From NCBI RefSeq assembly GCF_009914755.1, contig NC_060925.1: DNA of 64,000 nucleotides. One strand, written 5' to 3'. The notes under the pieces were generated by a model that saw only the letters and a list, made by a program, of their open reading frames with translations, did no database searches and was not told the origin of the DNA. Made by a program: the position numbers and the translations under genes. Every line of letters begins with the position of its first letter. Position 1 is the first letter of the stretch. This DNA comes from the human T2T-CHM13v2.0 reference genome, Homo sapiens. Shown here piece by piece: positions 1 through 11,684 of the stretch.

Positions 1-240
1 AATTTCACCCATTGTTTAAAGCACAGACCTCTCCCAAAAGCCTTCTCTGAACTTTTCCAGTCCAAGTGATCTTTTAATTCTTTGAAACTTTTATCAATTG
101 TTTTCTATATTTATACTAGGCAATGAATCATATCAAGCTCTGTGTCATCTCTTTGTCCTATTGAACTATAATTTGTGGCTTTCATTGATGTTTAGCTTTT
201 CATAAATAACATCTTGTTCCACTAGGCTGAAACTCAAGAA

Positions 241-440
241 GCAATACTGGATAACAGAAAGAAAAGGCTTTAGAAGCTGAGAGAGCTGCAATCAAATCCA
301 AACTCTGCAGCTAGCTGTGTGACCTTGGGTATGCTACTTAACCTCTCTGAGTTTCCATTTCCTCATTAATAAATTTAGGTAATAATACTCCACAGATTGG
401 TTATTGAGGTGAAATAAGATGGCATGTGTAAAGTGCCCAT
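241..440 (+). mobile_element. MIR SINE relic
   Basis: MIR core 'agctgtgtgaccttggg...acttaacctctctgagtttccatttcctcat'. Confidence 0.75.
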
Positions 441-1372
441 AATATGTTTTATGTGGAAGTTGTCAGCTTATAAATTGAAATTGGAACATATAAATGATGC
501 TTTCTCAGTTTGATTTAGCTGTGAACATACAGATTTCCTTTTAGGTGAAATAAGAAGCATAACAAAGCATTTGAAAAACAATTTCTGAAATATGATTACA
601 GGTTAGCAAGAAACCAGAAATAAAAGCTAAATATTAAAGAGAAAAATAAAGACAGAAGAGGAATAGAAAGTGTGTGTGAGGGAGAGTGGAGTGAAATTGT
701 AGCTGAGTAGGCCAGGTAAGGCTTTAGTGGTAGTAACTTTTCACTTAAGACCAGAAGAAAGTGTGGGAGCCAACCATGGGGACACCTGGGTAAGAGCTTT
801 CCAGGCAGAAGATGCTCTAGTCAATAGATTGCTAGCCTTGCCATTTGTGCCATGAGGAAATAATAACTTAATGGGTTCTCATTAATATTAATGCATGCAT
901 GCAAAAAGAATAATTTTTTGGTTTCCTAGGTTTTTTCCCTCTCTTTTTTCTTTTTTAGTTTAAAGGGCAATTTATATCCTGGTCTTTCTCCCTTTGGGGA
1001 AATGGAGAAGGAAAAAGGGCTTAAAGATAAGGCAACTCTCCTCTGGGAATTAAAAGTAGTTTTCCCTTCAAATTTTTCTACAAACGTTTATCTGGACTTT
1101 TCCTTTAACAAACTGTGTTTATAACATCTTAGAAGACCAAAAAGCTTGGAGGATTGTGCAGTTTTAGAGAATAAAACATCAATATGACCTATATGGAATT
1201 TTTAAGTGCCGAGGTGTTTTTGGTGTAATAGGTCTAAAAATATTTGAAGGGTTCAAGTCTTACTCAAATATTAATGGTCTTTATTGTAATTCCCAAAGAT
1301 TTTTGATTATCTTAAGTAAGCTTCCTCTTAATATCATGCCCCAAATAGGGATGACAGAAATTATACTTTTAA

Positions 1373-1658
1373 AATTTAATTTAAAGTTCCGGGATACACG
1401 TGCAGGATGTGCAGGTTTGTTACATAGGTAAACGTGTGCCATGGTGGTTTGCTGCACCTATTAACCCATCACCTAGGTATTAAGCCCCACATGCATTAGC
1501 TACTTATCCTGATGCTCTTCCTCCCCTCACCCCCCTAATAGGCCCCAGTGTGGGTTGTTCCCCTCCCTGTGTCCATGTGTTCTCATTGTTCAGCTCCCAC
1601 TTACAAGTGAGAACATGTGGTATTTGGTTTTCTGTTGCCAGGTTAGTTTGCTGAGGAT
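1373..1658 (-). mobile_element. 5'-truncated L1PA (older primate, about L1PA8-13) 3' end with 17-bp TSD
   Basis: Reverse complement of L1 3'UTR ('gtgcaggtttgttacataggtaaacgtgtgccatggtggtttgctgcacc'); TSD agaaattatacttttaa at 1356-1372 and 1659-1675. Confidence 0.9.
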
Positions 1659-4600
1659 AGAAATTATACTTTTAATTGTTGATGTCATCATCAAGGAAGA
1701 TAGTGGAGTCTTAACTGTTTTCCCCAAAAACAAAAATACTTCAAAAGGTCAACTTCTATCATTTTGTTTAGAATTCATTAGCTGTCTCCTCACCTTGTCT
1801 GCTTCATTTTTTGTATATGGACAGGGTTGTGGTACCAGATGTGTACTTAGTCTCACTATGGGTTGTGACACTTGATTTAGAAAACACTGCTGTTGGGACA
1901 CACATGAGAATTAGAATAAAGCACTAGATGGACAGGTCTTTTCTCCCTAGAAAACTTCCAGAGGGGACAGTGCTCTTGACATTTCAGAGATAATGAAGAG
2001 AGTTTTCAAGACACTTTCTATTTCCATACGAGTTCCTTTGTATGCTGGGTTGCCTGCCATTATGTTTATGTAATTCTGACAGTGTTCTTAATGACACACT
2101 AACAGATTGTAAAACACGCTGCTGGCATTTACTTGTTTTTTATATTTTTAAAACAATGTCCTTCATGTAACAGTAGTTAAGCGCGGCAGAAGGACATCAT
2201 TAGAGCCATGGTTAAACTGTAATTTACACCATTAGGAAGGCAGGAGCAATTTTTATTGCCTGGCAATTTTCTTGCTGAAATATTTGGACCATATGGCTCA
2301 ATTTGTGTAATAACCTTAATTTCTGCACCCTTCAGGTCTTCCTCCATCTCCTACGGAATGGTAAAATGCGGTTTAGCAGAAAAGGCAACTGTCTATACTT
2401 AGAGAGTTGAGATTAATAACATGTCACGTCCTGTTTTTGGTGAAGGAATTCAAACAGCAGCCAGATGGTATCTCTACAAATAACTGTCAGGGGTCTTGAT
2501 CTAATCAATACAATGTATTAATACGTCTCCCTTTGCTGTTTCTCTAGGGGCTGGTGCAGAACATCTGGAAAGAGTGGAAGGGGGGCGGGGGGGCCCGCCA
2601 AGTAGAAAGCCGATTCTTTTCAGAATCAAACTGAGCCCAATTAATTTTTCATGTATCCTTGATAACTGTTTCATAATGAGCTATGCGTCTTGACGGATTT
2701 GGGGTTGGCAGAGCAGGCTGCCCCTGCTTTCTATCCCCATTCAGTCCACTTATAGAAACCAACCCATTAATCAAGCTATCTGGCATAAAACCTGAATCTC
2801 AGCTCAGCAAGAGATCAATAACCATCCTAAAAAAACACAGAACCAGCCACTAATGGGCACAGGTATCCAGCCATGACATTAGTAATTGCTTTAGCAAAAA
2901 TAAAACTCTGTATCATAATCACCCAATAGGAATTTGTACGATAAAATTCACTACTTGTGTCTTGTCAAAAAGTAACATGTACATCCGTTAAAAATATACT
3001 GTAATTTTACTATCTAGACATGACCATTATCTTTCAGTGTTAGACAACCCACCCTTTTGAATGGATTAAAACTCTCTGATTTTGTAATGTGAATATTTAA
3101 TAATTCAAGTATCATATAAAATGTTTAAAAATGAGTTATTACACTTATTTTAAATTCAGAGTACCTAAGGGGGTCCTTAATACAATCTTTAGCCTGGCTG
3201 TATATGACACATGGTGAGCCTGCTGTGCTAAGAACTCTGATGTGCTGTCAGATTGGTCAGATTTTGTTACTCTTTGGTTGGCTTAATGGCAAGATTTACA
3301 ATTCAATTCATAAATTTTTATCACTTTCCCAAGTGGTATGTTTTTGTCTCAAACCTTCACTCTTTTACCAAATTCAAGCCAGTTACATTACTTTCCAGTG
3401 GGCAAATGTCTTCTGGCTTGGCAGAGATTTCTACCCTACGGTAATTTCTGAAACAGAGACCCAAAGACTTTGTCTATGGAGGGGAATTCAGAGCCGAGAT
3501 GGAGAGATGAAAGAAACCCATTAACTGCTTGGTAAAACATTCCTTACTGGCTCTTAGACAACAAGTAGAAACCTGTTTTGTCCCTAGGAGAGTCTGAGAT
3601 TTTGATTAGAAAAAACTCCTGGGAAGTGCCGCCAAAAAGATAGTCATTCATTGGCTGATCATCTGATCAAACCCTGCCAAGATGATAGAAAGGTCTACGG
3701 AATCATCCAGGAACTTTAAGGTGATGTCACATTCATCTTTTCTGACAACATGACTAAGAATCATGATGCCTGTGTTTTTTCTGTCAATGGTTTGTGGTTC
3801 CATAGAATGAGTGCTGGGTTTGGATTCAGGAGTATGGGCTAGAGTCTTCCTAGGTTCTTGTAACTATTTATAAGTACAATCAATACCATGCATGACAAAA
3901 TGATTGCTTATTACATTGTATTTTGTCTCTTTTCTTATTGTTTCTCCAAATACACGACGAGTTTCAGAGAGAAAAGACTATTTCTCGTTTGTTTGTATCT
4001 GTTATAGCTTCTGGACCAAGTAGATTCTCAAAAGAGAAATATGGTGAAAAACTGATTAATGGAAGAGCCCTGTATTTCTTGGTCTTGATCACTGAATTAG
4101 ATTTGATGTGTCTTGGCCCTCAATTGCAAATAACTTGCAATTTTCATATATTCATGAGACTACAGAGAAGCAATAGCCCAGGTTTTCAACTTTAATTTTG
4201 TTTGCTGATGTCCAGCGTAGGTAAACGGAAAATACCCTGACAATGGAGTGTTTGTAGTGGAGTTGCATAACATCAGGCGAGAAAGTTATTTAAACAACTG
4301 ATTATGTAACTAGATAATATCTGAAATTTGGGATCCAAAGTACGTGGCATCCAGAAATTCTAATTTATGTGTAGTCATTATCAAAATATTTAATTTATAC
4401 AAATTTAAACCCTCTGTGACAAAGATAGAAGATAGTTGCCATTCTGGAGACTTCAAGTCCATAGATATGATCAAAAATGTCAGCAGTTCTAGCTTACTAT
4501 TACCCAGGCACAGCACTAACAAGATGTTTCACCTTAAAAATTATATTGAGATAAAAAGATTCATTTGCAAACCCATCACATATGTATTCACAGGTGGTGG

Positions 4601-7389
4601 GTGTGGGTCATTGCATTTGGATTAAAAAGCAAATGTCTCTCTCTACATGAGAGGTCACTAGCTTGTGTAAGGCAAAATCTTTTCACTGTTCGGCATAATT
4701 AGAATATTCCAACAGTGGTTTCAGTAATTTAAAAATCACAGTATTGTTGTAATATTTTTCTAGGCTTCAGGAGCTCACAATTGTTTGGCCCAATCAAATC
4801 TGGGAACACTAGAGAAGTTATCACCCATCAAGGTAATTACTTTCAAGTTGAAATAATTACTCTATCAATGTTAATGGTCTTTCAACTTCAATAAAGCACT
4901 CACCTGCCGATAATCACAGCTAACCTCTTGCTCTAATGCAATTCCCTCTCTATTTAGTAGGTTATATTACAGCTGTTACAGTGGTCACTTGTCCTGAACA
5001 GCTGCTGAATTTCACTTTTATCGGCTGTGAACCATAAAAAAATTGGTCATCTGTGTATGATTTCCCCCTCACCCATAAGCCCTTGCAGAGCTAAGGATAT
5101 GATCTCTTGGCTGTAATAGGGTACTTCAGGGGCAGCCATCTTGTCTCAGGTAGTGGCTACTTTCCATCTGTGACAAGAGCAGAGTAGTTCAATTAACTTC
5201 TGCCCTTCACTGCCATTTACAGCTTGCTGTCTCTGCTAAATGGCATATATTCTGAATTTATGGCCTGGGCCTGTTAGTATGTGGACTAGTTCATTTTACT
5301 TTCACAGACATTTTTGACAAGGCTCCACGGGAGTCTTAGGTGTCTAAAGAGGGTTTCCTTGTAAGTTGGTTAAAGGCCAGAAAATAGCAACATACTTGAC
5401 TCACAGGTCAAACAGTCTCCCCACCAACTAACTGTCCCTCATGTACTGATAAACTACTATTTGGCATAGGGGAAGTAGGTAGATGCCAATTTGGCAGAAT
5501 CCATTTGTATGATTTGAGAAGTGTGAGAGTGTGTGTCTGTGTGTGTGTGTGACTAAAATACCTCATCATGTTCTGCTGATATAATCCCAGATCTAAGGGA
5601 AAGGGTAGGGTCCTAAGAGTGTCATGTCAGGTAAAGAGAACTACATATAGGGTGGAAATCTCCTGAGGAGGGCTCTTAGACTGGCAGGTATGTGATGTTG
5701 TTGGGGCAGGGGGGCCAGGGATAAGACCGTAATAAACCTCAGGAGACAAAAAAAAAAAAAAAAAAAAAAGCATGTTCTTGCTTCAGGCAGTTTAGAAAGG
5801 AAATAGAACCTAATCCAGTATTTGGAAAATTACAGGGAAATTAACAATGTGGTATCAGGAAACATGTAAATTTGCAAGCTCAGAATTTTATTGCAAGGTG
5901 AGGAACACTTAAAATGTATAAAACATAAGGTTTTTCACTCATGACCAAATTAGTACAGTTGCCTAGACAAACCAGAACCTTATCTACATTTGCTAATTTA
6001 TTCCAGTCTCTGTTTTTTCAAAAAGAAGGACTGCTAAAGGTTTATAGTCTATTTATATTGCCCTTTACAGTACTTTGCATATACATTAATTTATTAGTCA
6101 TTGCAGCAGCCCTATGAGATAAGCAACATTTTAGTTCAGACTTGATGAGTAAGAATGAGGACAGATGAATTATAGGAGAATGAGCCATCATTCCAGGAGG
6201 AGGGATTAACATGTGTGAAGATCCTAATGTTGTCTTCAAGTGGAAGGATTTAAGATATGGTTTGGAAATAGAATCAATAGCACTTAGTGAAGAATTGATA
6301 TGGAAGTAAGGAAGAGAGAGGACTCAAAAATGATCTGGCTTGTGCAACTAGAAAGATGATAGGGCCATTTAGTTATATAATAGGATGTGAAACAGAACTG
6401 TATTGGAGAATAATGAGTATGATTTAGAAAAATAGGTGGTAAGTAACTCTACTGGAACAGCTAGACATATCACTGCATGACTTATGGAAAAAACAGACTT
6501 CAAGATCCATCTTCCTATGAAGATCTATGTAGACAACCTATATGAGAAGATCCAAGTTCATAAAAAAAATTAAAGAAGGGGATTCAGTGGAGAAGAAAGA
6601 GGTTTTGGTTATATCTTTCCCACTTCAGGGAGGGAATGGGATTTCTCCACACTCCCCTTTCAAGGCATGCAAGGAATATCCAAGAGAAGCTCTTGAAGAA
6701 ATTGGGAGTGTTGCCAGAAAAGTGAGATGAACAGTCTGGTCTTGGCAAGAGGCTTCCTACTGCACTGATGAAATTCATAGGACAATTTTGATGCAATGAC
6801 TAGAGTCAAAAGGGTCTTCTGAAATCCTTAAGTGATCCCATAGTTTTGGGATAATAGGCTAGCACAGAAGCTAATACCTGTGTCTTAGTCAATGAATTCC
6901 AAAGTTAGGAGACTGGCTAGGTTTCATCCAGCATGATAGGTCAAGCAGAGAATATAGTACTGGACAAGCTGTACCTTCATTATTTGGTGAAACCAAAGTT
7001 TTCTGCAATCCTAGTGGGTGCCAAGAAAGGAATGAGTTTTGTCAACGTGATAGGACTTGATATTGGCTGCCTGCTTGGGAGAAGGGCCCCCAGAGGCAAA
7101 AAAAGGTTGTAGGGTGGACCTCTTGGACAATAACAAATAGTAAGAAATTAGCCAGAGAGTGTATTGCCTGCATCAGAGGACTATGAGGCATGGAATTTCC
7201 TATGGGGACCCCTATATAACCCACAGAGAAAATCCCATGAGGCATCTGCCCCCTCAAAATTAATAGAAGATTAATTAGAGCAATATTATTGAGTAAAGCT
7301 CTGTTCCTTTTTGTCTAATTCTTTCTTTTCATGCCATGATCCTGGGGAAATAAATAAGAGAAGAGGGAACTGAAGAAAGAGGAAAATGA

Positions 7390-7797
<408 letters not shown>

Positions 7798-8018
7798 TAA
7801 TCACCAGTTGCGTTGATCCTTGCCACTGAAAAGTGACTGGAAAATCATGGGACCTGCCTTAGATGTTACTGATGGGTGAGCAAGGGAATCCTGATGGAGC
7901 TTGCTGGGATAAAGTGGTTGGAGAAAAATATGGCTCTTTCAAAGATGTAATTACATAAATTTCAAAAGACTTACATGGTTTTCATCCCCAATAATGTTGA
8001 GCAAAAGGTAGATTCTTT

Positions 8019-8088
8019 ATATGTATTTATGACTTTCAGACAAATACATATTTGTCTGAAAGTCTAATTTGTCTAGCCCAAATTAGAC
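8019..8088. repeat. Cluster of three interlocking inverted repeats
   Basis: 16-bp perfect arms 8031-8046/8049-8064; 10-bp arms 8019-8028/8042-8051; 10-bp arms 8062-8071/8079-8088. Confidence 0.9.
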
Positions 8089-8169
8089 AAAAGGGTTAAA
8101 GATTATGTAAGGCAAGTAAATGAAAAGTTGATATTAAAGCTAAAATATCATCACAACTAAAAAGTTTTG

Positions 8170-8469
8170 CCATGGTCAGTGGCTCAAGCCTGTAATTCCA
8201 ACACTTTGGGACGCCGCAGCGGGAGGATCTCTTGAGGCCGGGAATTTGAGACCAGCTGGGGCAATTTAGTGAGACACAATCTCTACAAAAAATTTAAAAA
8301 ATTAGCTGGGCATGGTGGCATGCACCTATAGTCCCAGCTACTTGGGAGGCTGAGGAGGGAGGATCACTTCAGTGCAGGACATCAAGGCTGCAGTGAGCTA
8401 TGATGGTGCCACTGCACTGCAGCCTGTGTGACAGAGCAAGACCCTGTCTCTTTAAAAAAAAAAAAAAAA
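8170..8469 (+). mobile_element. AluJ
   Basis: AluJ-type features ('gggaggatcacttcag', 'aggctgcagtgagctatgat', 'agaccctgtctc'); poly(A) tail. Confidence 0.9.
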
Positions 8470-10220
8470 GGGTTATGCCGACAAATATTCATTGTTTTAT
8501 GTGATATTTACTCACCCATGTTTTCTATCTTTTATATAGAAGAATGACACAGTTATTTCTTATTATAAAATGTGAAAATCTCAGTTTATAGAACCGACCC
8601 AGGAAATATGATAATTATTTTTATTACTGAATTTTTCTTCACATTAGAAAGATAGTCACCAAAGGAGTCCTTTTAGAAAGCTACATCTCCCAGAGTATTT
8701 CTGTTGTCTAATAAATGTGTCTGGGGAGAAAAGGCTAAGAATCATCAAATTAAAAAGAGTTGAAACTAATTTAAGATCATATGTAAAGAGCAGTAATATT
8801 TTATGTTATCTAAGCCAAAATGAAAATGGGATTAAAAATAAATTTATCAATTTACTCACACACTCTTCATAACATGGCAATTGTGAAATATCTATTTTAT
8901 TATTATTGTTATTATTTTTGCCACATATCTACTTAATGGTAAAGATATAGGAAACAAACCCTTGAGGAAATTTTGACTACCTCCTCCTTGACATTGGGAA
9001 AGGAAGCCTGGCAACTAGAATCTAGAAACTAGAGTTAGTAATTCTGGATTTTATTCCCAGATTGGAAGCCAATTTTTAGTGACCCATATAATTTGCTTAT
9101 TTCTCAGCACCTTATGCTTGATTCTACACAGAGTGAAGTACCATTTATCTTTTAGGATACTGGGCAAATGCATGATCTGGGCTTGACGTTTTATAACCCC
9201 GTGGAACAAGCAAGGATATAGTTAGGGCACAGATAATAGGTAAACCACCTTTTTCTTTAAAATCCCAAATTCTCAGATTTATTTCTGCCAGCACAATGGC
9301 AGATGCCAGTGAGAAAAAGCAAACAAACCCAAATGGTGGTAGCAATATCGCCAACCTTGCCAGGAGTGTTCCCTGTAAATACCACCATGGAACTCCTGCA
9401 TGCCAAGCAAGGCTAAATACAGTTTCTTTCCTGACACCGCACAATTCATCACAGAGCTAATTGGGAAGGGAGTTTAAGGCCTTCTAATTAAAGCTGTTTT
9501 CAATAATGGAAGGTATTGGTCTAAAGAGACCCCAAGAATCTTGATCTCCCTCTTTCTTCCTTAGAAAGACCTACATAGAGATGAGTAGGGAGGTGAAACT
9601 TTTCATGAGGTTGGGAGAGCAGCTAGTGATGCATTAAAACCCACACTCTTTCCATTTCTCTGCTCCTGCTGCCTCTGCTGCTGCTGCCGCTGCTGCTGTT
9701 CCTGCCAACACATACGCTTCTCACCCCCACGGAGGGCCCCCACTGCCAGTTCTCCATCCACTGCCACCACAAGCAGAATTCATGCCTCCATTGCACCTGT
9801 TTTATGTGGCTCTCTCAGCAACATCCACCTGTCTATAAACAACTCTGGGGGGACCTTGGGGCAAGCTAGTGATGGCACCACAACATGGGCAATTTATTGA
9901 TGGCCCCTTGGGCAGAGATGAGATCTTAATAAACAAGGGACTAATGCATTAGCAGTACCTCTTGCGAGTTTGTGGACTGAACTGCAATCCTACAGTTGTG
10001 GGGATCGACTCTGTGCCTCATTAATGGAGAAGGCTCTGTAGTTCCTTTGCCCTGAAGAATTTTAGCCAGAGTGGCCAATAAACAAAAACTTGAAAAATTT
10101 CCTACAGCAGGCACAGAAAGGAAAGAAGACAGTAAAGTTGTTTACCTGGTGCAGAAATTAGATAAACAGTAAGTAGATCTAGGGAAGTACTTGGGATGCG
10201 ATTTAAAATGGAGTCTTCTA

Positions 10221-10599
10221 CAACCCCTATAGAGATTTCTCAATATACAACAATATAGAGATTTCTCAAAGAACTAAAAGTAGAATTACCGTTCAATCCA
10301 GCAGTCTCACTACTGGGCATCTACCCAAAGGAAAATAAATCATTATATTAAAAAAGATACCTGCATTCGTATGTGTATTACGGCACTATTCACAATAGCA
10401 AAGATATTGAATCAACCTAAGTGTTCATCAATGGATGATTGCATAAACAGAATGTGATATCTATATCTATATCTATATCATCTATATCTATATCTATATA
10501 TCTCCTGATTTCCATTTCCACTTTCCATATTTACTAAATAGGAATAATTTTACACACCATAGAATGTAATTATATATATGGATATATATAGAATGTGAA

Positions 10600-10633
<34 letters not shown>

Positions 10634-11005
10634 ACACTGTAGAATACTACTCAGCCATAAAAAAGAATGAAATCATGTCTTTTGCAGCAACATGGATGGA
10701 ACTAGAGGCCATTATCCTCATGAAGTAACTCAGACACAGACAGTCAAATACCGCACGTTCTCACTTATAAGTAGGACTACATAATATATACATGTGGACA
10801 TAGGGTGTGGAATAATAGACACTGGAGACTCGGAAGGGTGGGAGGGAGGGAGGGAGCAGGGTGAGGGATGAGAAATGACCTGATGGGTACGATGTACATT
10901 ATTTGTGCGACGGTTACACTAAAAGCCCAGATTTCACTGCTTCACAATATATCCAGGTAACAAAACTTCACTTGGACCCATTAAGTTTATACAAAAATAA
11001 AAATG
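10221..11005 (+). mobile_element. 5'-truncated L1 (L1PB/L1MA-type) 3' end with internal compound microsatellite
   Basis: ORF2-end and 3'UTR similarity ('gatttctcaaagaactaaaagtagaattacc', 'ggttacactaaaagcccagatttcac'); TSD aaatgg(a/g)gtcttcta at 10206-10220 and 11006-11020. Confidence 0.88.
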
Positions 11006-11420
11006 AAATGGGGTCTTCTAAACATGGGCAGCAGAAACGCAGCTGCAAGAAGCTTAAAAACCCAAAATGCCCAACAGTAATAGCCTGTGCCTCAGAACGA
11101 ATCACTCATTCTTCCTCACAGTCTCTGCTCTGCTCAAGGGCCAAGTCTCACAGTAGACTTCAACAACATAGTTAAGTTTGGTATTCAATATTGACATATT
11201 GAATATAGTACTCAATGGTTATTTGCCAAATCAGATTGAATTGTCAATAATTTGTTGGACCCTGAAGCCCCTTTGTGCTATTATGGAGAAGTCATGCTGC
11301 TCTGAACAAAGGGAGATAGACTTAAATTATAGGAGGCAGGATTTGTCTGAGATAAAAGAAACATTCTTCTGTGACGGTGAGGAGTATAGAACCCTGGATA
11401 AGTAATAGAACTTCCTTTAC

Positions 11421-11684
11421 TTTTTTTTGAGACGGAGTCTTGCTCTGTTGCCCAGGTTGGAGTGTGGTGGCATGATCTTGGCTCACTGCAACCGTGGCCT
11501 CCTGGGTTCAAGCAATTCTCCTGCCTCAGCCTCTCAAATAGTAAAAATACTAAAAATAGTGTTTTTAGTACAGACAAGGTTTCACCATGTTGGCCAGGCT
11601 GGTCTGGAACTCCTGACCTTGTGATCTGCCCGCCTCAGCTTCCCAAAGTGCTGGGATCACAGGCATGAGCCACTGCGTCTGGCC
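11421..11684 (-). mobile_element. AluS with internal deletion and fold-back insertion
   Basis: Alu sequence; about 40 nt between 'ctcaaatag' and 'tttttagta' replaced by taaaaatactaaaaata. Confidence 0.9.

Noticed and set aside
9660-9700. (CTG)n-like tract as an expansion locus
   Set aside because: Short and interrupted
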